In this document: positions 7,584-17,151 of the stretch, piece after piece | Layout of the letters: the number at the start of each line of letters is the position of its first letter | How positions within the stretch are numbered: the stretch's first letter is position 1 | Notes under the pieces: generated by a model | The model's input: the letters and a program-made list of their open reading frames with translations, nothing else | Told to the model about the DNA's origin: nothing | The model's database searches: none | Made by a program: the position numbers and the translations under genes | Source: Bacteroidales bacterium | GTDB taxonomy: Bacteria > Bacteroidota > Bacteroidia > Bacteroidales > M50B96 | Assembly (NCBI GenBank): GCA_018401015.1 | Contig: JAGYLP010000009.1 | Coordinates: forward strand, 11,599-75,598 | DNA: 64,000 nt | Direction: 5' to 3'

Positions 7584-10508
7584 ATGAACACAAAACACCT
7601 ACATTTTCTTCTCATTATACTCTTGGCCGGGAGTTTTCAAACTCCAATTTTTGCCCAAGGGTTCAATGGAATTGTCCTCTCGAACGACACCACGATTTGC
7701 GTTACCACAGATGCCGTTTTGAACGTCCAATTCGACTCCACATTGCATGAAACAACGCAATATGCCGTTCAGGCTATTCCGCATACTCCCTATCCTACTA
7801 ATGTTGGAACAACGGTAACCGGTATGGTCGACGACAATTACTACGGACCATTCGATATTGGTTTTAACTTCTGTTTCTTTGGTGGAACCTGGACCCAATT
7901 TTATGTTGGCTCGAACGGCTGGATTTCCTTTACCCCCATACCCGCCTCGGCCACTTACGACCCTTGGGTTACTCAGGCTATTCCCAATGCAGCTGCATCG
8001 ACTCCAAAGAATTGTGTAATGGGCCCCTGGCGCGACTGGTATCCCGGTGCATCCTTTGGCGGATTGGTTAAATATTACACCGTTGGAACAGCCCCTCATC
8101 GTAAGCTGGTCATTACCTGGATTGATGTTGCCTTATTTTCTTGCACCAGTCAGCATGGTACCTTCCAAATCGTATTACACGAAACAACCAACACCATCGA
8201 TAATCACCTTGTTAACTGCCCAACCTGTCCTAACTGGAACTCAGGAAATGGAGTACAGGGTATTCAAAATATTGCCGGCGCAATTGCCTACACCGTTCCA
8301 GGTCGTAACAACACCAACTGGTCTGCAATTCAGGAATCGCATCGTTATGTCCCCACCGGACCTCCGGTTCAAAACTTTACCTGGATTGATAATTTTGGGA
8401 ACACGTATCCGGCACAAACAAACCTGCTGGTCACACCCACACAAACGACCACTTACATAGCACGTTTGAATGTTTGCGGGCAATTGTTAACCGATACGGT
8501 AACCGTTAACGTTGAAGCTTGCGGCGAGCTAACGGGAAGTACGGTGAATGTCGATTGCTACGGAGAAGCTACCGGATCTGCCACCGTAAGCATTCACAAT
8601 GGAATAGGCCCCTTCGATTTCATTTGGTCCAATGGAGTTTCTCTCATCGGAGTAAATGACTCTACCAGCAGCATCGGTAATTTGCCCACCGGAAATTATT
8701 CGGTTACCGTTTCAACCTTGGGAGGTCAGTACGAAATCGATACCGTATTCCATATCTTCCAAAATCCACAAATGGGAATTAGTTTGAACGGATCACCAGA
8801 ATCTTGCGATGGCGCGGAAGATGGAACCGTGGTTGCAACCCTCACCAATGGAATTATGCCCTTTATTTATGAAATTCCGAACACCATGCCTTTCAGTACG
8901 GCCTCTTCAACGCATACCTTCTCAAACCTAACCAGCGGAACCTACACCGTAACCATTACCGATACCCTGGGCTGTTCCGTATCGGGTGACTATTTCATCG
9001 ACCAGTTGGCCATGACTCATCAATTGGTACAATCCGACTTGCAATGCCATGCCGATACCAATGCTACGGTGAGCATCGAAGTGGAAGGAGGAACCAGTCC
9101 CTACGTCTTCACCTGGTCGAATGGAGGAAATGGTCCCGGACAAACCAATCTGGGCGCCGGTAATTATTGCGTTACCGTAACCGATGCAAAAGGTTGCCAA
9201 ATCTCCGACTGTGTTACTTTTACCGAACCTGCTCCAGTATTGCTTTATACCTCAGGAAATCAGAACATCTGCCTGAGTCAATCGGCCCAGATTATCAGCG
9301 CTGTAGCTGGAGGAACTCCACCGTATAATTACTTCTGGACACCCGGTGGTTACAACACAGCTACCATCACCGTTGAACCATCGAGCACAACCGAATACTG
9401 GGTACACGCTACCGACGACAACGGCTGTAAAAGTAACGTTAAGAACGTGACTGTATTTGTGAATCCACCCTTGGAGATGGAATCCTACATTCAGAACGAC
9501 ACCATTTGCTTAGGCGACACCACCACCATTTTTGCCAACCTAAGTGGTGGAAACGGAGGACCTTATTTCTATGAAATTTTGGGAGGTCCGGCTGTAAATC
9601 CGCCCCATAAAGTTGCACCCGAACAAACCCAACGGTATTTCGTTGTGGGAACCGATGGCTGCGGAACTCCTTCGGTTATTCAAGAACTTAGCATCACCGT
9701 TTTAGAACCGCCGGTGCCTAGTATTACCATCGACGGGCTGAATGGTTGTCCACCACACGAAGTGTTCTTTACTGAAATTGAAACGGACAACCATGTTTAT
9801 CAGTACGAATGGAATTTTGGTGATGCCGACTATTTCGACAACTATATTGGAGTGAACGCAGCTCACACCTACAAGAATCCGGGAACTTATCAGATTAAAG
9901 TGACCACATCGAACGAAGCCGGTTGCAGAGCAACCTATACACTACCCGAAACGGTAACTGTTTGGCCTGCACCAACCTCAAACTTCTCCAGCGATGAGCA
10001 ATCTGTATCCGTCATCGACCCGGTAGTGGAATTCTACAACCAATCGATTGGCGCCGACCACTCTTATTGGATTTTTGGCGATGGTGATTCCGTTTACACG
10101 CATCATCCGGAGCCTCATCAATTCCCGGCAGTACCAGGCAATTATTTTGTGTCCCTTATTACCGAAAACATTTTCAATTGCACCGACACTGCATACATGA
10201 AGGTAGAAGTGACCGATTATCAAGGTTTATTCTATGCACCCAACGCGATTAATCCACACTCGTTTATACAAGAAAACCGACACTTCAAACCGTATATCAG
10301 CATGTTGGATCGTAACGAATTCCAGATGCTTATTTACAATCGTTGGGGGGAATTAATTTTTGAAACCAGCGATCCCGATCTGGGTTGGGATGGTCGAAAC
10401 AGTATTGGCGAATTATTGCCCGCTCAAACATATTCCTGGCTCATCCGCTATAAAGATCTAAGTGGAATGCCTTATCAGAAAAAAGGGACCCTCTCTCTCA
10501 TCTATTAA
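7584..10508 (+). CDS. T9SS type B sorting-domain surface protein: NIDO-like N-domain, SprB repeats, 2 PKD-like domains, gliding-motility-associated C-terminal domain
   Basis: 974 aa with a signal peptide. FNFCFFGGTWTQFYVGSNGWISF is a NIDO-like pattern. SprB-type repeats are present (CYGEATGSATVSIHNGIGPFDFIWSNG; CHADTNATVSIEVEGGTSPYVFTWSNG). PKD-like WNFGDA and IFGDGD. C-terminal type B CTD: LIYNRWGELIFE..GWDGR...YSWLIRYKD...KKGTLSLIY. Confidence 0.9.
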   Translation: MNTKHLHFLLIILLAGSFQTPIFAQGFNGIVLSNDTTICVTTDAVLNVQFDSTLHETTQYAVQAIPHTPYPTNVGTTVTGMVDDNYYGPFDIGFNFCFFGGTWTQFYVGSNGWISFTPIPASATYDPWVTQAIPNAAASTPKNCVMGPWRDWYPGASFGGLVKYYTVGTAPHRKLVITWIDVALFSCTSQHGTFQIVLHETTNTIDNHLVNCPTCPNWNSGNGVQGIQNIAGAIAYTVPGRNNTNWSAIQESHRYVPTGPPVQNFTWIDNFGNTYPAQTNLLVTPTQTTTYIARLNVCGQLLTDTVTVNVEACGELTGSTVNVDCYGEATGSATVSIHNGIGPFDFIWSNGVSLIGVNDSTSSIGNLPTGNYSVTVSTLGGQYEIDTVFHIFQNPQMGISLNGSPESCDGAEDGTVVATLTNGIMPFIYEIPNTMPFSTASSTHTFSNLTSGTYTVTITDTLGCSVSGDYFIDQLAMTHQLVQSDLQCHADTNATVSIEVEGGTSPYVFTWSNGGNGPGQTNLGAGNYCVTVTDAKGCQISDCVTFTEPAPVLLYTSGNQNICLSQSAQIISAVAGGTPPYNYFWTPGGYNTATITVEPSSTTEYWVHATDDNGCKSNVKNVTVFVNPPLEMESYIQNDTICLGDTTTIFANLSGGNGGPYFYEILGGPAVNPPHKVAPEQTQRYFVVGTDGCGTPSVIQELSITVLEPPVPSITIDGLNGCPPHEVFFTEIETDNHVYQYEWNFGDADYFDNYIGVNAAHTYKNPGTYQIKVTTSNEAGCRATYTLPETVTVWPAPTSNFSSDEQSVSVIDPVVEFYNQSIGADHSYWIFGDGDSVYTHHPEPHQFPAVPGNYFVSLITENIFNCTDTAYMKVEVTDYQGLFYAPNAINPHSFIQENRHFKPYISMLDRNEFQMLIYNRWGELIFETSDPDLGWDGRNSIGELLPAQTYSWLIRYKDLSGMPYQKKGTLSLIY

Positions 10509-10520
10509 TCCTGTTCTATC

Positions 10521-13500
10521 ATGAAAACAAAACACATCCTCAGCATTTTAATTATCGGTCTATTGAGCCTGAACACACAAGCTCAAGTACAAACCGTAAC
10601 ACTCGAAGTAAATCCTACCGCCAATATGGCACAGGCAGTTAACGGCTTGTTTTCAGGCTGTACCAGTGTGTCGAATATCGTAGTGTCCGGGAATCAATTA
10701 TCGAACGGAACCTTTTCCAACGGATCCAGCGTAATTGGTATTGAAGAAGGAATTATCCTATCGACCGGAAAAGTGACCGATGCGGCCACTCCGAATTTCA
10801 GCGGCTCGACCAATTTCACCTTTTGGACTCCCGGCGACCCCGTTTACAATGCCTATTTTGGGAATAATGCGTCGTACGATGCTGCAAGTATCACCTTCGA
10901 TGTGGTAGCCCATAGCGAGGTGCTCAGCCTGGAATACGTTTTTGCATCGGAAGGTTACGAATTCGACTTTACCAATCAAGGTTGGCCCGAAGGGGTTGGG
11001 ATTTTCGTAAGTGGAGCCAACCCGCTTAATGCAACTCCCTATGCGAATCAGAACATTGCTTTAGTACCTAACTCAAGTACTCCGGTTTGCATTGATTCTG
11101 TCAATTCCAACCTGAATTCGATGTTCTACAATCAGGCAAATTTTGGTTCCTATGGATTTCAATACGATGGTTATACCGATGTAATGACCGCTAGAATTCT
11201 AACCGTACCCTGTTCTACTTATACCGTGAAAATTGTTGTTGCCGATTTCAATCGCGACTTCGACTCGGCCGTATTTATTGCAGCTAATAGTATCAAATCC
11301 GATTTCCGATTCAATGTCGAGTATCAGCATACTGCAGGAAATGAAGGCGAATTATACGAAGGTTGTACCGGGAACATCGTCATTTCTCGTCTCGACCAAT
11401 TGGATACAGTACCTATTCCAATTAACGTAGCCATGTCGGGAGTAGCAATCGAGGCGGTGGATTACACCGGGTTATCTTCCGGACCGATTCTCATGGGTGC
11501 ACAAGACGCTTTCCTAACGATACCCGTTACGGCGGTTATCGACAACATTGTCGAAGGAACCGAGGAATGGATCATTACCTTCAGTCATCCAAGCTTCTGC
11601 GACCCCAACTGTACTGCCTCCGAAACAATTACCATCGATATCATCGATAATTTTGAATTAGAAGCGGGCATCGTGGAGGATAACATGAACATCTGCTCCT
11701 ATAACACCAACTTTGTTAACCTTCATACATTTATTCCACCGGACATGGATCCTTTTACGGTGACATACCAATGGAACGTTGCCAATGCCACGACAGCGAA
11801 CATTTCAGTTGACCCGCCGGTTGGTGATTGCTTCACCTATAAGGTAACCATTTCGGATGTCTGTGGACAAACCGCCATCGATTCGGTGCGGATTTGCAAT
11901 TCCTCTTTCGTAAACTTAAATGTATCTACCCAACATAATCTTTGCTACGGCGACACAAATGGAATCGTTAATATTGTTCCGGTGGGAGGCTTTGAATCCT
12001 TTCATTACGAATGGTTGCCTGAGGAATTAGGCGACTCTACCTCTGGATTCATTACAGGCTTGGGAGCAGGCACTTACCAGGTAACGGTAACCGATTCTAT
12101 TGGATGCTTCCGTGAACATACCTTTACGATAACCCAACCCGATTCTATTTACTACAGCCTTACGGCCTATGATCCACTTTGCCACAACGACACCAACGGG
12201 TCCATTTTGCTGCAAACCTTCAACGGAGTGCCTCCTTTTACTTTCGAATGGTCGAATGGAGAAACTTCCTCGAGTTTGAGCGGCCTTGGCGGTGGATTTT
12301 ATGCCGTTACTGCAACCGATCAGAACTTTTGTACGATTAAGGACTCGGTTACACTCATTAATCCGGCTCCACTTTGGTTAAATGTATCGAACGACATGAC
12401 GGTATGTAAAAATGCACCAACTCAACTTACGGCCTTCGCCAGCGGAGGTACGCCTGCCTATTTCTTCCACTGGAGCAACGGAGCCTCTGGCCCTCAAATA
12501 ACCGTTTCGTTAAGCGAAAACACCATTTACGACGTTTACGTCAAAGATTTGAATGGATGTACCAGCGAACAAAGGGAAATTGCCGTGAGCGTTTACCCCG
12601 ACATTCATGTCGAGTTCATCACCATCAACGATTCGATTTGTAAAGGAGATTCATCAGTACTGCACGTCGACATCATTGGCGGAACAGGTGGTCCGTATTA
12701 CGTTGAGTTTTTCGATGGAGCCTCCACCCAGCTGTTGCCTCCTCCTTATACGGTCACTCCGGAAACTAGCACTACCTACGAAATCAATGTGCAGGATTTT
12801 TGCAACCTCCCACCAGCTACTCATTCGTTTACTGTGGAAGTATTCGATGCTCCCGATGTAGAAATAATTGCCAGTAACCTTCAGGGATGTCAACCACTTG
12901 CGGTTACCTTTAATGAAACAGCCGCACCCGATGGCAGCAAATACGACTGGGATTTTGGCGATGGTAATTTCAGTCTCCTTTCGAGCCTCAAATCACCTAA
13001 GTACACCTTCGAAAATGATGGTTACTACGATATTTCCCTTGAAGTAACTTCGCCTGTTGGTTGTAAAACATTACTGACAAAGGAAAACTTCATCGAAGTA
13101 TTTAAGAACCCAACCGCTCGATTCTATCCATCGGCCTCGGTGGTGAGTGAATTGAAACCTATCGTGCTGTTCACAAACACTTCCACCGATGCCTATCTCA
13201 GTGAATGGGATTTCGGCGATGGTTCGCCCATTAGTTATTCGCACAACCCTGAGCATTACTTCGATGCGCCCGGTGAATACATTATCCGTTTGGAAACCGA
13301 ATCGAAAGATGGTTGTCGCGATGCCTACAGTCAAAAAATCAAAGTTGAACAGGAATACAACCTGTTTATCCCATCTGCAATCAATCCGCATAGTTCGATT
13401 GCCGAGAACAGAATCTTCCGACCTAAAGGTCAAGGAGTCGATCTGAATAATTACCAGCTTGCCATTTACGATCGCTGGGGCAATAAAGTTTTTGAAACGT

Positions 13501-13637
13501 TCGACTTCTATCGAGGTTGGGATGGTCTTGTTGGTGGCGAATATCGTCCGGGGACCACTTATAATTACATTGTTCGTTACCAAGACCTTAAAGGAGAATC
13601 ATTTACGCAGACAGGTACCGTTACGGTAACTAATTAA
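10521..13637 (+). CDS. T9SS type B sorting-domain surface protein with a choice-of-anchor L N-domain, Calx-beta-like domain, SprB repeats and PKD domains
   Basis: 1038 aa. Choice-of-anchor L signature (GIILSTGKV, LEYVFASEGYEF, GIFVSG, NIALVPNSSTPVCIDSVN, FQYDGYTDVMTA, DSAVFIAANS). SprB repeats (CYGDTNGIVNIVPVGGFESFHYEW; CHNDTNGSILLQTFNGVPPFTFEWSNG). PKD WDFGDG twice. CTD AIYDRWGNKVFE..GWDG...YNYIVRYQD. Confidence 0.9.
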   Translation: MKTKHILSILIIGLLSLNTQAQVQTVTLEVNPTANMAQAVNGLFSGCTSVSNIVVSGNQLSNGTFSNGSSVIGIEEGIILSTGKVTDAATPNFSGSTNFTFWTPGDPVYNAYFGNNASYDAASITFDVVAHSEVLSLEYVFASEGYEFDFTNQGWPEGVGIFVSGANPLNATPYANQNIALVPNSSTPVCIDSVNSNLNSMFYNQANFGSYGFQYDGYTDVMTARILTVPCSTYTVKIVVADFNRDFDSAVFIAANSIKSDFRFNVEYQHTAGNEGELYEGCTGNIVISRLDQLDTVPIPINVAMSGVAIEAVDYTGLSSGPILMGAQDAFLTIPVTAVIDNIVEGTEEWIITFSHPSFCDPNCTASETITIDIIDNFELEAGIVEDNMNICSYNTNFVNLHTFIPPDMDPFTVTYQWNVANATTANISVDPPVGDCFTYKVTISDVCGQTAIDSVRICNSSFVNLNVSTQHNLCYGDTNGIVNIVPVGGFESFHYEWLPEELGDSTSGFITGLGAGTYQVTVTDSIGCFREHTFTITQPDSIYYSLTAYDPLCHNDTNGSILLQTFNGVPPFTFEWSNGETSSSLSGLGGGFYAVTATDQNFCTIKDSVTLINPAPLWLNVSNDMTVCKNAPTQLTAFASGGTPAYFFHWSNGASGPQITVSLSENTIYDVYVKDLNGCTSEQREIAVSVYPDIHVEFITINDSICKGDSSVLHVDIIGGTGGPYYVEFFDGASTQLLPPPYTVTPETSTTYEINVQDFCNLPPATHSFTVEVFDAPDVEIIASNLQGCQPLAVTFNETAAPDGSKYDWDFGDGNFSLLSSLKSPKYTFENDGYYDISLEVTSPVGCKTLLTKENFIEVFKNPTARFYPSASVVSELKPIVLFTNTSTDAYLSEWDFGDGSPISYSHNPEHYFDAPGEYIIRLETESKDGCRDAYSQKIKVEQEYNLFIPSAINPHSSIAENRIFRPKGQGVDLNNYQLAIYDRWGNKVFETFDFYRGWDGLVGGEYRPGTTYNYIVRYQDLKGESFTQTGTVTVTN

Positions 13638-13650
13638 AACTGAATTAATC

Positions 13651-16600
13651 ATGAAAAAACTAATCATTCTTTTGTTTGCAGGTTTACTTACCGGAGGAGG
13701 GCTCATGGCTCAGCCGATTTATGTGAACCCGATGCAATATACTCCCACCCAGCTAATTCAAGATGTGCTTATTACGGGTTGCTTGCAGGCTGAAAACGTT
13801 GTGTACACAGGGCACCAACTTGCCAGAGGATACTTTGAACGAACTGCTAATAACTTTGCATTTGAACGAGGGGTAATCCTCTCATCCGGATACATCATGA
13901 ACGCCGCAGGTCCTAATAACACGGGTAGTTCATCGCAATCCACCTCGGGTTATGGAGCCGGCGATCCTCAGCTTCAAACCCTCATTTCCTCAAGCCTGAA
14001 CGATGCTGCTAAAATTCAGTTCGACTTCATTCCACACTCGAACCAACTAACTTTCAACTACATCTTTGGCTCTGAAGAATATCCGGAATTCGTGGGTAGC
14101 TCCTTTAACGATGTGTTCGGATTCTTCTTAACCGGGCCTCCTTGTCCCGGAAATGCACCTTTCGTGAATACAAATATTGCAACGATACCTGGCACAACCA
14201 TTCCGGTAGCTATCAATAATGTTAATCAAAACGTAAATACAACCTATTATGTAACCAATACGAATAATGCCGGGGAGGCAATTCAATACGATGGTTATAC
14301 GGTTCCTTTAACGGCGGAAGCTTGTGTGGTTCCTTGCGAAACTTACTTCATCAAATTAGCCATTGCCGATGCCGGCGATACGGCCTTCGATAGCGGTGTG
14401 TTTCTGGAAGGAGGATCTCTTTCTGCCGGCGAAGTAGTTGGAATGACCAACTATGCAAATGGTCAGGAAGCAAATGAAGTGTACGAAGGTTGTTGTGCAT
14501 ACTATGTGTTTTACCGTACCGATACCACCGATATGTCGCTTCCCATCGATGTTCAATTGAACATTTCCGGAACAGCAAGTCCCGGTAGCGATATTACCGG
14601 ATTCCCAACCAGTTTTCAAATACCTATTGGACAACCTACCGATACGATTTTCTATTGTGCCGTAATGGATAATGTTACCGAAGGTACCGAGTATCTGGTT
14701 TTCACCTTATTAAATGGGTGTCCGTGTAATATCGGTGGAACCAACGATACCATTTTTATCTACGATAACGTTCAAATGGAAGCAGGTATCACCCAAAACG
14801 ATACCTTAATTTGCGCTTCCAGTGGAGTTCAGAATGTTCAAATGAACCTGAGTGCTTTCTCAAACACCCCCCCGGAAATCACTTCTTACCAATGGAGTAA
14901 CGGTTCACAAGCACGTAATATTAGCATTTCGGCACCGGCCGGTGCTATTACCACCTATACCGTTACCATTACCGACTTGTGCGGTCAATCAGCGGTAGAT
15001 AGCGTCAGCATTACCGTTTCGAACTTAAACACCTTCGATATGGATGTGACAGATATTCTGTGTAACAACATTTGTTCAGGAAGTGTAGAGATTACTCCAC
15101 TCGATGGTTTTGCACCCTATTCCTATGCTTGGAATCCGGGCGGATCAGGAATGCCTACCATCGGAGTAGCAGAGAACTTATGTGCAGGGAATTATGCCGT
15201 TACCATTTCCGATGCTTTTGGCTGTACCGTGAACACCAATTTCGCCATTAATCAACCACCACCACTGGTACTAAACTTCGATTCCGACTCCACCACCTGC
15301 GAGGGAGCAACCGATGGATCAATCCACGTTACCCTTAATTATGGACCAGGGAATACTTATCCGGTTGTACCTCCCTACACTTGGACTTGTTCTACCTTAC
15401 AACCTGTTTTGGGATGGAATAGTAATGTCATTTCCTTCCAAAACCTCGGTGCCGGTAATTACACCATCAATGTCACCGATGGAAATGGTTGTTCCACCAA
15501 TGGAATTTATGCCGTAGGAGAGCGAACCCTCAGCTTTACGTCGAATATTTCACATGTCGATTGCTATGGTGGCTCCGACGGATCTGCCTCGGTTTCCGTA
15601 GTTGGGGGAACAGCTCCTTTCAACTACACATGGAACTCAGGTGAAACCACTAATTTCATCAATAATAAAACAGCTGGCAATTACTCTTGTACAGTTATCG
15701 ACAACAACGATTGCCAAATCATTATCCCGGTTAGTATTAATCAACCGCAACAGCTAGTGTTCAGTAACTCCCTCGACACAACGATGTGCCTGGGCGAAAC
15801 AACTACCCTAACTGCCAGTGCTCAAGGAGGGACTCCTCCCTACACCTTCCAATGGGAGGTCAATGGAAATAGTATTGGAACCGGAGCGTCGCTACCCTAT
15901 TCTCCAACGGCTTCTTCAATTGTGGAACTTACCGTAAGCGATGCCAACGGATGTACACAGCCTCCGCATACGATTTTGGTTAACCTCTATCCAAAAGTGG
16001 AGGTGAATCTCTATTCCAATGAACCTTCTATTTGTGCCGGCGATTCCACCGTGCTTTACGTAGATGTAAGTGGTGGAAATGGCGGACCCTACACGGTTAC
16101 CAATGCCGATGGCGACATTTTACTACCGCCACTGTTAGTTCAGCCCGATGCGACTACGACCTTCGAAGTACTTGCCTACGACGAATGTGGTTCAGTCGAA
16201 GGAGTTGGAACTCTCGAAGTGGAAGTTCAACCAGCTCCACCGGCCAACATCTATGCCGACGAAACCAGTGGCTGTGCTCCCTTCCTGGTGAACTTTTTTG
16301 AAACTTCGCCCGATGCAGGACACTCCTACTTCTGGCAGTTTGGCAACGACAATGCCAACTACAGCTCCAATAAAAATCCATCCTTTACCTTCGAAAATGC
16401 TGGGTTCTACGATATCAAACTTACCGTTACTTCGGAACTTGGTTGTTCCAGAACGGTTCAAAAGTCCGACTTCATCGAGGTACTCCCTCAACCCGTTCTC
16501 AGCATCATGCCCGATCCGCCCGTTACCAGTTCTTTGTCGCCGGTAATCGCCTTTTTCAATACAAGCGAAAGACCACTCACCGATGCCACTATTTATTTTG

Positions 16601-17040
16601 GCGATGGCAACTCACTGGAATTGAACAGCACGCAATTCCCCGAAATTCAATACACCTACAAGGACACCGGAATTTTCAGTGCTTACCTTATTGGAAAGAA
16701 CGATCAAGGCTGTATCGATACTGTTTACACTAAAGTCGAGATCTATGCCGAGCACCAACAAATTTTTGTGCCGAACGTAATCAATCCATTAAGTCAATTC
16801 TCGGAAAACCGGGTATTCCTGCCCATCGGTTTTGCCATCGACGAAAATGAATTCCACTTGATTATTTACAATCGTTGGGGAAACAAAGTGTTTGAAAGCT
16901 TCGATGCCAATCGTGGTTGGGACGGACGTTTAAGCAACGGAGATCTTGCTAAGAGCGATACTTACCAATGGGTGTTGATTTACAAAGACAATCGCGGCAA
17001 AACACTCCGCGAGGCGGGTAATGTCAGTGTAATCTACTAA
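13651..17040 (+). CDS. T9SS type B sorting-domain surface protein with a choice-of-anchor L N-domain, SprB repeats and PKD domains
   Basis: 1129 aa. Strong choice-of-anchor L signature (IQFDFIPHSNQLTFNYIFGSEEYPEFVGSSFNDVFGFFLTG, NIATIPGTTIPVAINNVN, IQYDGYTVPLTAEA, FIKLAIADAGDTAFDSGVFLEGGSL). CTD IIYNRWGNKVFESFDANRGWDGR...YQWVLIYKD...AGNVSVIY. Confidence 0.9.
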   Translation: MKKLIILLFAGLLTGGGLMAQPIYVNPMQYTPTQLIQDVLITGCLQAENVVYTGHQLARGYFERTANNFAFERGVILSSGYIMNAAGPNNTGSSSQSTSGYGAGDPQLQTLISSSLNDAAKIQFDFIPHSNQLTFNYIFGSEEYPEFVGSSFNDVFGFFLTGPPCPGNAPFVNTNIATIPGTTIPVAINNVNQNVNTTYYVTNTNNAGEAIQYDGYTVPLTAEACVVPCETYFIKLAIADAGDTAFDSGVFLEGGSLSAGEVVGMTNYANGQEANEVYEGCCAYYVFYRTDTTDMSLPIDVQLNISGTASPGSDITGFPTSFQIPIGQPTDTIFYCAVMDNVTEGTEYLVFTLLNGCPCNIGGTNDTIFIYDNVQMEAGITQNDTLICASSGVQNVQMNLSAFSNTPPEITSYQWSNGSQARNISISAPAGAITTYTVTITDLCGQSAVDSVSITVSNLNTFDMDVTDILCNNICSGSVEITPLDGFAPYSYAWNPGGSGMPTIGVAENLCAGNYAVTISDAFGCTVNTNFAINQPPPLVLNFDSDSTTCEGATDGSIHVTLNYGPGNTYPVVPPYTWTCSTLQPVLGWNSNVISFQNLGAGNYTINVTDGNGCSTNGIYAVGERTLSFTSNISHVDCYGGSDGSASVSVVGGTAPFNYTWNSGETTNFINNKTAGNYSCTVIDNNDCQIIIPVSINQPQQLVFSNSLDTTMCLGETTTLTASAQGGTPPYTFQWEVNGNSIGTGASLPYSPTASSIVELTVSDANGCTQPPHTILVNLYPKVEVNLYSNEPSICAGDSTVLYVDVSGGNGGPYTVTNADGDILLPPLLVQPDATTTFEVLAYDECGSVEGVGTLEVEVQPAPPANIYADETSGCAPFLVNFFETSPDAGHSYFWQFGNDNANYSSNKNPSFTFENAGFYDIKLTVTSELGCSRTVQKSDFIEVLPQPVLSIMPDPPVTSSLSPVIAFFNTSERPLTDATIYFGDGNSLELNSTQFPEIQYTYKDTGIFSAYLIGKNDQGCIDTVYTKVEIYAEHQQIFVPNVINPLSQFSENRVFLPIGFAIDENEFHLIIYNRWGNKVFESFDANRGWDGRLSNGDLAKSDTYQWVLIYKDNRGKTLREAGNVSVIY

Positions 17041-17080
17041 GACAATACGATAGGAACAGCCTATCGCATGTAAAAGAAAA

Positions 17081-17111
17081 GGCAGCTCGATGGAGCTGCC
17101 TTTTCTTTTTT
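17081..17111. terminator. Bidirectional rho-independent terminator between the adhesin cluster and recJ
   Basis: Perfect 8-bp GC-rich stem ggcagctc / gagctgcc with loop gatg, flanked by aaaagaaaa upstream and ttttctttttt downstream. Confidence 0.8.
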
Positions 17112-17151
17112 AAAGTTCTGCCTGAATAAGCTTTTAAAATCCGAGATCCAA

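Noticed and set aside
7599-8099. A 166-aa antisense ORF inside the first adhesin gene. Similar cases are 13071-13583 (-) at 170 aa, 47884-48315 (-) at 143 aa, 34947-35351 (-) at 134 aa inside gldK, 38970-39317 (-) at 115 aa inside gldN, and 41606-41986 (-) at 126 aa inside the ABC ATPase gene.
   Set aside because: Each is fully nested antisense to a gene with strong family motifs. Their compositions are odd (rich in Arg, Ser and Cys, or low complexity) and they have no promoter or family signal. These are typical shadow ORFs.
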